Assembly (NCBI GenBank): GCA_964584555.1
Contig: CAZPBT010000004.1
Span: 1 to 40,616 of the forward strand
Length of the DNA: 40,616 nucleotides
From: an uncultured Chitinophagales bacterium
Lineage (GTDB): Bacteria > Bacteroidota > Bacteroidia > Chitinophagales > JADIYW01
Reading direction: 5' to 3'
In this document: piece after piece, positions 17,480 through 24,663 of the stretch
How positions within the stretch are numbered: position 1 is the stretch's first letter
Layout: the number at the start of each line of letters is the position of its first letter
Notes under the pieces: generated by a model
The model's database searches: none
Told to the model about the DNA's origin: nothing
What the model saw: only the letters and a program-made list of their open reading frames with translations
Program-made: the position numbers and the translations under genes

Positions 17480-18775
17480 TTATTCTGTTTTAGCTTCTTT
17501 TTCCCATTTGAAAAAACTAGGTTTTATTGATAGCATAACGAAAGACCATCCTTGATATGCTTTTCTGCTTCCGGTTGGTTTTATGACTTCCATTGATGTT
17601 GTTGCCGCCATAATGGAATAGCCTGCACGCAATTCCATGAAGTCATAAGGTTTATATGTACCGTAAGCATCTAACTCAAACCCGAGCGGAAGTTTTAGAA
17701 AATTACCGGCAGATGCTGGGTTAGCCACTTTATTACCACTTAAGAAATAATGTGCATCAAGCCCAAGCATACCCTTAGGTTTCGGACGATAATTTAAGCG
17801 CAGATAAACATCTTGCAAACCACCCAGTTTAGTGTCAGTTGGCAAGTCTAAGAAATAATCCATATGCCCGTAAAATTTGTGATTAGTTGGGTATAAGGTA
17901 TTAAACGAGTTGTATTTGGTGTTCGATGTTTTAGAAGCATTTTGTCCGGATATATAATCATAACCCATACCGATATTGAATTTTGGGTGTGTATATTCCG
18001 CATAAATGTTTGCCATAAATGCAAGAATCTTTTTGTCGGCAATCGTTTTGCCTACTTGCAAATATGCCCCGATATTGGCATTTACATGTTTATATTTAAA
18101 ATCTGCTCGAGGGCCTAATGTAAATCTGAACTTTGTTGTAGGCATAGTATCATTTATTTGCATACCATCTGCTATAGCATATACGGATAATGCACTACGA
18201 CTGCTGTCAAATTTTTGGTTATACCAGGCAAAAGCAAGAGCCTTATAGTTTTTTACCTTATATATAGTACCTGACAGGTTTTCGCTGCTCTGATTAAATC
18301 CGCCTCCTATGTGCAGCTGGGCTTGTTTGTGTTTGATTTTAATAAGAGCTGCATCATGTGAACGGGCAGCTTGTACCCAATCTAAATTTCCTAATAATCG
18401 GTGGTCATCATAAGCTAATTCTTGACGACCTAATTTTATGGATGCTTTGTCTTTGATAAAAATCTCTGCCCAGCCCTCATGTAGTCCGAAACTGCCGTAA
18501 TTTTGTGCCTGAGGTTCATTTCCCCACACACGCACATCTTGTATGCTGGTAAATAATCGAACATACTTGTTTTGATAATCAAAATTGAGTCGTATTCTTT
18601 CTGAAATAAATACAGCACTTTTTGAATCTTTGGGAGCTAGAGTTCTGTAACCGTGACGCTGTTCCAGGCGAGGTATAAATTGTCCGGATAATTCGATCTT
18701 GTGTTGTGCGTAATTCATGTTAAATGCTACTAAGCATAAGCTAGAGATAAATAGTTTTTTGAAGTAATTTTTCAT
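17480..18775 (-). CDS. Outer-membrane beta-barrel (porin-like, possibly alginate-export family), first gene of the nirK operon
   Basis: 431-aa ORF with a signal peptide (AFNMNYA-QH). Alternating hydrophobic and aromatic strands throughout, with abundant Tyr/Gly/Asn. An N-terminal motif IPRLEQRHGYR...RIRLNFDY resembles alginate-export-type barrels. Confidence 0.6.
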   Translation of the reverse strand: MKNYFKKLFISSLCLVAFNMNYAQHKIELSGQFIPRLEQRHGYRTLAPKDSKSAVFISERIRLNFDYQNKYVRLFTSIQDVRVWGNEPQAQNYGSFGLHEGWAEIFIKDKASIKLGRQELAYDDHRLLGNLDWVQAARSHDAALIKIKHKQAQLHIGGGFNQSSENLSGTIYKVKNYKALAFAWYNQKFDSSRSALSVYAIADGMQINDTMPTTKFRFTLGPRADFKYKHVNANIGAYLQVGKTIADKKILAFMANIYAEYTHPKFNIGMGYDYISGQNASKTSNTKYNSFNTLYPTNHKFYGHMDYFLDLPTDTKLGGLQDVYLRLNYRPKPKGMLGLDAHYFLSGNKVANPASAGNFLKLPLGFELDAYGTYKPYDFMELRAGYSIMAATTSMEVIKPTGSRKAYQGWSFVMLSIKPSFFKWEKEAKTE

Positions 18776-18795
18776 ATGATGTGTTATAAAAAGAT

Positions 18796-18820
18796 AAAAG
18801 GATATTTATATCCCAAAATT
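18796..18820. promoter_or_regulatory. Candidate NsrR/Rrf2 operator containing the perfect palindrome GGATAT-TT-ATATCC
   Basis: AAAAGGATATTTATATCCCAAAATT is 22/25 identical to 19372-19396. The palindrome occupies 18800-18813. The site is 21-45 nt upstream of the porin-nirK operon start and overlaps its -7 box. Confidence 0.5.
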
Positions 18821-18821
18821 A
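18814..18821 (-). promoter_or_regulatory. Bacteroidota-type -7 promoter box (TAATTTTG) for the porin-nirK operon
   Basis: The reverse complement of CAAAATTA matches the TAnnTTTG consensus. It lies 39 nt upstream of the ATG at 18775. Confidence 0.4.
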
Positions 18822-18926
18822 AGTTTACATTTTTTAACTAAATCTGATAGTACTCATTGTAAAAAATGACATTTCTCATGTTATGATTATGCGAGAGTAA
18901 TTGTATTTTTACACGTAAATAATGGT

Positions 18927-19355
18927 ATGATATTTTCTAAAAGTTGTGAGTATGCTCTTCGTTCGGTGCTTTATATTTGTACGAAAAGCAGTGAGGGTAT
19001 AAATTTGAGCGTTAAGGAAATAGCGGCTGAAATTGAATCACCCGAACCGTTTACGGCAAAAATTTTACAACAATTGGCACGTCAAAAAATTATTTCTTCC
19101 ATAAAAGGACCAAATGGAGGCTTTTATATTGACAAACAAAAAAAGCCGGTAAGTATCTTACAAATAGTGGAAGCAATTGAAGGGCCTGATTTTTTTGACC
19201 GTTGTGTTTTAGGTTTGAAAAATTGTACAGAACGCAAGCCTTGTCCATTACACGAACACTTTATTCAACACAGAAAAGATATAAAAGAGTTGTTTAAAAC
19301 AAAGACTGTACATGATTTAATAATTAAGCAAAAAGGAAAAATAAATTTAAAATAA
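18927..19355 (+). CDS. nsrR: Rrf2-family transcriptional regulator, NsrR-like (putative Fe-S NO sensor)
   Basis: 142-aa ORF. N-terminal winged HTH (SCEYALRSVLYI...ISVKEIAAE). C-terminal cysteine triad CVLGLKNCTERKPCPLH. It is divergent from the nirK/nor genes. Confidence 0.75.
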   Translation: MIFSKSCEYALRSVLYICTKSSEGINLSVKEIAAEIESPEPFTAKILQQLARQKIISSIKGPNGGFYIDKQKKPVSILQIVEAIEGPDFFDRCVLGLKNCTERKPCPLHEHFIQHRKDIKELFKTKTVHDLIIKQKGKINLK

Positions 19356-19371
19356 TATCCGATATTCAGAA

Positions 19372-19396
19372 AAAAAGATATTTTTATCCTAAAATT
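19372..19396. promoter_or_regulatory. Second copy of the 25-bp operator-like motif, upstream of the cytochrome c gene
   Basis: AAAAAGATATTTTTATCCTAAAATT lies 10-34 nt upstream of the ATG at 19406. An adjacent palindrome AATATCC-GATATT at 19354-19366 adds further GATAT/ATATC half-sites. Confidence 0.45.
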
Positions 19397-19405
19397 CAAA
19401 TTGAT

Positions 19406-19849
19406 ATGAAAATTAAAACATTTAAATGGATGACCGCTGTATGCGGTTTAGGAATCAGCTTATGGATGGTTTCATGCAGTCCTTCAAAAACAGACAGTAC
19501 TTCTACTGAACAAACTACACCTCCCACTACCACGGAACAACCTGCAGCTACTGGTGCAGGAAATGCCGAAGCAGGTAAGGCAATAGTAACAGATCCGGTA
19601 AAATGCGCTATGTGTCATAAATTGACCGATGAGAAATTAATTGGTCCGGGGTTGAAAGGAGTTACAGATAAACGAACGGAAGACTGGATAAAAAATATGG
19701 TGAAAGACCCGACTAAATGGGTAGAAACAGATCCGGATGCTAAAAAGTTGTTTGAAGAATACGGTAAAGTGCCGATGACACCATTGAGTTTAACAGATGA
19801 GCAGATTAATGATGTTTATGCGTTTTTGAAACAAAATGACGGCAAATAA
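19406..19849 (+). CDS. Lipid-anchored monohaem class I cytochrome c
   Basis: 147-aa ORF. Lipobox MVSC. Thr/Pro-rich linker (TDSTSTEQTTPPTTTEQPAATG). A single CAMCH haem motif with a downstream Met (KVPMTP). Confidence 0.85.
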   Translation: MKIKTFKWMTAVCGLGISLWMVSCSPSKTDSTSTEQTTPPTTTEQPAATGAGNAEAGKAIVTDPVKCAMCHKLTDEKLIGPGLKGVTDKRTEDWIKNMVKDPTKWVETDPDAKKLFEEYGKVPMTPLSLTDEQINDVYAFLKQNDGK

Positions 19850-20485
19850 TTAATCTTTTAAATAGTTTAAGGATTGATTACCGCAATTAAACAATAAATC
19901 ATAGATAGCTACTTCTGATTGGAAATCCATTCGGTCGGCAAAAACCTGTAAATAAGGTTTTAAATCTATTGAGAAGTCGGAGCGGTTTTTATCCGGTAAA
20001 AGTACATTCCTGAAATCGGAATATGCATCATCAGCTTGCTTTTCGTAAGCAGTTGTCAGTGTGTATTCCGGTTTTATTTTTAACAGTCCGGATATGGTGT
20101 CAAACAATTGTATATTGAAATCGATTAGAAATTCAAATCGGTCTTCATAAAATCGAATTAGTTTGTCTTCATAAAACTCAAAAAACGGCGATCGTCTGTA
20201 GCAAGACTGCAAACTTTGCCAGTGCAGTTTTTGCCAGTTTTCATTATAAGAAATGCGCACATCTTTCAAAGCACAATGTTGGTTCTTGCCGTGTTCAAGC
20301 GGGATGCTTAATCGCAATAATCCATTTGGAGATACTATTTGACATCTGTTGCGGAAACTTCTTTTTGTATAGTTTTCATATTGTTCAAACAGGATATGTT
20401 GTGCATTGGCAATCAATTTCCAATAGCTTAGACTGCCTGCATATTGGGGTTCTAGAAGGATATGTGTTTTCAAAGATTTAGTCAT
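19850..20485 (-). CDS. WbqC-family protein
   Basis: 211-aa ORF. N-terminal pattern LEPQYAGSLSYWKLIANAQHILFEQYENYTKRSFRNRCQI resembles the WbqC family (QP.Y.P...Y......D.F...D...Y.K....NR..I). Confidence 0.65.
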   Translation of the reverse strand: MTKSLKTHILLEPQYAGSLSYWKLIANAQHILFEQYENYTKRSFRNRCQIVSPNGLLRLSIPLEHGKNQHCALKDVRISYNENWQKLHWQSLQSCYRRSPFFEFYEDKLIRFYEDRFEFLIDFNIQLFDTISGLLKIKPEYTLTTAYEKQADDAYSDFRNVLLPDKNRSDFSIDLKPYLQVFADRMDFQSEVAIYDLLFNCGNQSLNYLKD

Positions 20486-20663
20486 TCGTAATTGGTCATT
20501 GGAGATTGGTTATTATTTATAAGTTATTAGAGATTAGTGATTGGTTATTGGAGATTGGTTATTAGTTCTCAATACTCAATATTATCTTGATTCTTGACTC
20601 TCGATTCTAAAAATCTTACTACTCACTACTTACTACCCGTTACAATCTTGAATCTCACATATA
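20486..20663. repeat. Intergenic low-complexity stutter-repeat block
   Basis: An 18-nt perfect direct repeat ATTGGAGATTGGTTATTA occurs at 20498-20515 and 20547-20564. It is followed by CTCAATACTCAATA, CTTGATTCTTGACTCTCGATTCT and CTTACTACTCACTACTTACTAC. Confidence 0.85.
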
Positions 20664-21692
20664 CTACTTCTCACTCTTCAGCATTTGTCCACAGAGTTTA
20701 TACAGTAATCTTGCCCCTACGTTGGCATCCCATTCATCTTCGGATGGCGACACTTCATTCAAATCAAAGCCGATAATTTTCCTGCCCGAGTCCACTATTT
20801 TTCGGATAATATAAACGGCTTGGTCAAAGCTGTATCCACCTGCAACGGGCGTACCTGTATTTGGACAAAAATTGCGTTCCAGTCCATCAATATCAAAACT
20901 GATGTAAATGTGTTGGGGTAGTTGTTCAACGATTTCATGTGTGATATCTGCCCACGTTTTCCCATTTATCAGCTGATCTTTCAAATCCCAGTCAAAAAAA
21001 GTTTTAATCTTGGGGTGCGATTGTGTGAGTGCATATTCTTCCGGCGATAAATCACGGATTCCAATTTGATATAAATTCGTCAGCTCTTCTATTTTCAGTG
21101 CATTAAACATGACAGATGCATGCGAATAAGTAAAGCCTTCATACGCATTGCGCAAGTCGGCATGTGCATCAAATTGTACGATGGCAAATTCCCCATATTT
21201 CTTACCGATAGCCTGAAAATACCCGAGCGGTGTACTATGGTCGCCACCCACTAATCCAACCAGTTTATTGTCATTTAATAATTTAGTTGTTTCTTCAAAC
21301 ACCCATTTGCGCAAAGCATCACATTCCTCATTTATTTCCTGTACATTATTTTGCACTACTGTATTAGCACTTAAGTCGGCACCCGATTCGAGCAGTTTGA
21401 TATATTCATTGGCTTTGATGCGCAACTTCTTGTTTTTCTGTTTCCATTCGTCTGAAATCTTGAGCATATAAATGCCATTTAAAAACGCATTTTCAGCATG
21501 TGCATCAAATAAATCTAATTGGGAGCTGGCTTCTAAAATAGCCTCGGGTGCATTAGCCGTTCCGGCATTGTAAGAAACGGTAACTTCCCAGGGAACAGGC
21601 AATAAAACCAATTTTGCTTCCTGAAAGGAATATGGAAGTGAGAAGATATGCCCGTTTTTTATACCAACACCATTTGGATTAAATTCTGTCAT
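20664..21692 (-). CDS. Ureohydrolase-family enzyme (agmatinase/formimidoylglutamase/arginase-like)
   Basis: 342-aa ORF. Mn-binding motifs GGDHSTP, DAHADL and SFDIDGL. Confidence 0.8.
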   Translation of the reverse strand: MTEFNPNGVGIKNGHIFSLPYSFQEAKLVLLPVPWEVTVSYNAGTANAPEAILEASSQLDLFDAHAENAFLNGIYMLKISDEWKQKNKKLRIKANEYIKLLESGADLSANTVVQNNVQEINEECDALRKWVFEETTKLLNDNKLVGLVGGDHSTPLGYFQAIGKKYGEFAIVQFDAHADLRNAYEGFTYSHASVMFNALKIEELTNLYQIGIRDLSPEEYALTQSHPKIKTFFDWDLKDQLINGKTWADITHEIVEQLPQHIYISFDIDGLERNFCPNTGTPVAGGYSFDQAVYIIRKIVDSGRKIIGFDLNEVSPSEDEWDANVGARLLYKLCGQMLKSEK

Positions 21693-21706
21693 TTTTTGCT
21701 TTTGGT

Positions 21707-21714
21707 CAAAGGTA
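21707..21714 (-). promoter_or_regulatory. -7 promoter box (TACCTTTG) for the ureohydrolase gene
   Basis: The reverse complement of CAAAGGTA matches TAnnTTTG. It lies about 14 nt upstream of the ATG at 21692. Confidence 0.4.
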
Positions 21715-21787
21715 GTAATGTTAATTCATTAGTCTTAATCTTTTGTTTACAAAGTGAAGCGTATTTTTACAATACAATTTCAACAAC

Positions 21788-22189
21788 ATGAAAAAGATAC
21801 ACATTGTTATTCTTGTTTTTATTGCCATTCTGGTTGGAGTACTGATAAGTATGCTGGGCAATTTTAGCCGCTACGAAACCTTTGAAAGTGCTTATGCCAA
21901 AAAAGGTAAAGAAATAAACGTAGTAGGTGTGTTGAATAAAGAGAAAGGGGTAGAGTACAATCCCGAAGCCAATCCCAATTTATTTTCTATGTATGTTACA
22001 GATTCAAAAGGATTGGAAAAGAAAGTTGTTGTTCATAAAGCGAAACCAAGAGATATTGAGAAATCTGAAAAAGTAGTAGTAATCGGTAAAATGAACGGAG
22101 ATACCTTTGAAGCTAACGACATTTTGATGAAATGTCCGTCTAAATATAAAAATCAAGAGAAAGATGCAAACGGAGGAAGAAATATTTAG
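21788..22189 (+). CDS. ccmE: Cytochrome c maturation haem chaperone CcmE, CxxxY variant
   Basis: 133-aa ORF with an N-terminal TM anchor and OB-fold length. The C-terminal ILMKCPSKY aligns with the canonical VLAKHDENY, with Cys replacing the haem-binding His. Confidence 0.8.
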   Translation: MKKIHIVILVFIAILVGVLISMLGNFSRYETFESAYAKKGKEINVVGVLNKEKGVEYNPEANPNLFSMYVTDSKGLEKKVVVHKAKPRDIEKSEKVVVIGKMNGDTFEANDILMKCPSKYKNQEKDANGGRNI

Positions 22190-22239
22190 AAGTAAAAGGT
22201 GAGAGGCGTAAGTAATAAGTAGGCAATAAATTTTATTAA

Positions 22240-22270
22240 ATTCAACATTTAAAATTCAACATTCAACATT
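22240..22270. repeat. ATTCAAC heptamer repeats in the ccmE-ccmF spacer
   Basis: ATTCAAC occurs at 22240-22246, 22254-22260 and 22261-22267. It is preceded by GTAAGTAATAAGTAGG at 22208-22223. Confidence 0.8.
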
Positions 22271-22279
22271 AATTATTCA

Positions 22280-24646
22280 TTGGAAAAGTTAGGTCATTTA
22301 TTTTCAATCAGTGCGTTTGTTTTTGCATTCGCAGCAACGCTTTCATTTTTTTTAGCAACCATTAAATCTACTCCCGACAATGAAAAAGCGAAGTGGCTGA
22401 AAGCAGGACGATACTTTTTTTTAGCTCATGCAATAAGTGTATTTGGGATATTCAGCTTTTTATATTATATCATCCATAGCCATCAGTTTCAGTATAGCTA
22501 TGTATGGCAGCATACGTCAAAAGATTTACCCTGGTATTATCAGTTTTCCGCATTATGGAGCGGACAAGAGGGCAGTACTACATTATGGATGTTTTGGCAT
22601 GCTGTTTTAGGAATTGTATTATTGAAAAAAGCAAAAGAATGGGAGAGTGGGGTGATGACATTTGTTTCACTTGCCCAGCTGCTTTTGGGTTCTATGTTGT
22701 TAGGTATTTATTTCTTGCATTATAAAACTGGCTCATCGCCATTTGCACTTATGCGGGAGACTATGAATATTCCCATTTTTAAAATGCAACCCGACTGGGT
22801 AGCTCAGGATGGTACGGGATTAAATCCGTCTTTACAAAACTACTGGATGGTTATCCATCCGCCTACTTTGTTCTTAGGATTTGCGGCTACTACTATACCG
22901 GCTGCTTTTGCACTTACTTCGTTATGGCAACGAAAATTTACTGAATGGGTAAAACCGGTTTTTCCCTGGGCATTATTTGCTTTGATGATTTTGGGTGCAG
23001 GTGTGTTGATGGGTGGTGCATGGGCTTATGAAGCTTTGAGCTTCGGCGGTTTTTGGGCTTGGGATCCTGTTGAAAATGCTTCGCTTGTTCCATGGCTGAT
23101 TTTAGCCGGAGCAGTTCATACACTATTGATTTATAAACATACCGGACACTCACTTTTTACTACGTATGTCTTGTTTATTGTTTGCTTTTTGTTGGTCTTG
23201 TATTCTTCCTTTTTGACAAAGAGTGGCATCTTGGGTGATGCTTCCGTACATTCATTTACTGATTTGGGTATGAGTGGATTGCTTATCTCTATTATGGTTG
23301 CTTTCATAGTTCCGTCCTTATATTTGTTGATTTCCAGAAAACGTGAAGTACCGGCTGTGGAGGTAGAAGAAGATATTTCATCCAGAGAATTTTGGATGTT
23401 TATCGGCACTTTAATTCTCATTTTCGCAGCCTTACATATCATAGTACTTACTTCATTTCCAGTTATTAACAAGACTTTCGGAACTAAGTTTGCTCCACCC
23501 AGTAATATCATAGCCCATTATAATAATGTACAAATATGGATGGCTGCATTAGTAGCTTTAGGTGCTGCTTTTGTGCAATATCTTAAGTATAAAAAAGATT
23601 CGCAAACCAAATTATTTAAAGTACTGTTTTTGGCTGCGTTAGGAGCCTTAGGTTTGACAGTAGTTATGGCATTAATCTTTAAGTTAAACCGGGCAGATTA
23701 TCTGCTGCTGGCTTTTTTTGCAAGTTTCAGTATTTTAGCCAATACCCAATATATTTTTCAGGTCATAAAAGGAAAATGGAATATTGCCGGGGGAAATGTT
23801 GCTCATATTGGTTTTGCAATTATGCTTATCGGTATTGTAATTTCTCAAGGAAAACAAGAACCTGTATCTTTAAATACGACCGGTATGGATTATGGGGATG
23901 GGTTTACTCCTGAAGAAAGTGCAGAGAACGTACTCTTGTATGAAAATGAACCTGCGATGATGAATAAATACCGAGTAACTTATTTAGGTGACTCCATGGC
24001 AGGTAAACATATCTATTTTAAAGTTCGTTACGATGAACTGAATAAGCAAAAACAAATCATAAATACATTTACACTCTATCCAAATATTTTGCTCAATAGT
24101 AAAATGGGAAACAATCCGGTACCGTCTACACGTAAAACTTTGTTTTCTGATTTATATACACATATCACTGCATCGCCATTAAACGATGATGGTACTCAGC
24201 CGGATTCTACAATGGAACGCACAGTTTCCGTATCGGTGCATGATACAATTCCTTTATCAAATGCCTATATGGTATTTGAAGGAATAAATCCGGATGCTAC
24301 CATACCCAATTTCCAAAAACAACCTAAAGATATTGCCATCAGTGCCAAACTTCACTATTATAATCTGGATACAAATTACATTATTGAGCCTGTTTATTTG
24401 ATTCGTGAAGTGATGGCAACAAGCATATCGGGTGCATTACATGATGGCGAAGGCAAGATTGCCATAACTAAAATTATTCCTGAAGAAAATAAATTTGAAT
24501 TGGTGATGAATTTGAAAAGACATAAGTTTATTATCATGAAAGCTATCAGATTCCCGATGATAAATGTCTTATGGCTCGGTTGTTTTATCATGGTTTTCGG
24601 TATCGGTATGAGTTTGGCTCAGCGCAAAAAAGAAAATGCTAAATAA
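22280..24646 (+). CDS. ccmF: Cytochrome c-type biogenesis protein CcmF (haem lyase, System I)
   Basis: 788-aa polytopic ORF with an obligatory TTG start. WWD motif GGFWAWDPVENASLVPWL. Conserved TM His residues. Long periplasmic C-terminal region before the last TM. Confidence 0.9.
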   Translation: MEKLGHLFSISAFVFAFAATLSFFLATIKSTPDNEKAKWLKAGRYFFLAHAISVFGIFSFLYYIIHSHQFQYSYVWQHTSKDLPWYYQFSALWSGQEGSTTLWMFWHAVLGIVLLKKAKEWESGVMTFVSLAQLLLGSMLLGIYFLHYKTGSSPFALMRETMNIPIFKMQPDWVAQDGTGLNPSLQNYWMVIHPPTLFLGFAATTIPAAFALTSLWQRKFTEWVKPVFPWALFALMILGAGVLMGGAWAYEALSFGGFWAWDPVENASLVPWLILAGAVHTLLIYKHTGHSLFTTYVLFIVCFLLVLYSSFLTKSGILGDASVHSFTDLGMSGLLISIMVAFIVPSLYLLISRKREVPAVEVEEDISSREFWMFIGTLILIFAALHIIVLTSFPVINKTFGTKFAPPSNIIAHYNNVQIWMAALVALGAAFVQYLKYKKDSQTKLFKVLFLAALGALGLTVVMALIFKLNRADYLLLAFFASFSILANTQYIFQVIKGKWNIAGGNVAHIGFAIMLIGIVISQGKQEPVSLNTTGMDYGDGFTPEESAENVLLYENEPAMMNKYRVTYLGDSMAGKHIYFKVRYDELNKQKQIINTFTLYPNILLNSKMGNNPVPSTRKTLFSDLYTHITASPLNDDGTQPDSTMERTVSVSVHDTIPLSNAYMVFEGINPDATIPNFQKQPKDIAISAKLHYYNLDTNYIIEPVYLIREVMATSISGALHDGEGKIAITKIIPEENKFELVMNLKRHKFIIMKAIRFPMINVLWLGCFIMVFGIGMSLAQRKKENAK

Positions 24647-24663
24647 TCATCACATCCATCAGC

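Noticed and set aside
7749-19849. Denitrification block as a mobile genomic island
   Set aside because: I found no integrase, transposase, tRNA or flanking direct repeats. The borders are tight junctions with housekeeping genes (trmH overlaps by 4 nt, wbqC abuts). Horizontal origin cannot be excluded, but the sequence does not support it.
19847-19852. Abutting stop codons of convergent genes (TAA|TTA) as a possible regulatory palindrome
   Set aside because: It is only a 6-nt coincidence of two stop codons, with no extended structure.
20594-20776. 60-aa plus-strand ORF across the stutter-repeat spacer
   Set aside because: Its translation is a low-complexity product of the repeats and overlaps the ureohydrolase 3' end in antisense.
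21740-21755. TAGTCTTAATC resembling the TAGTCTTAATTC tail of the 2746 repeat module
   Set aside because: It is a single match of about 11 nt in AT-rich DNA, consistent with chance.
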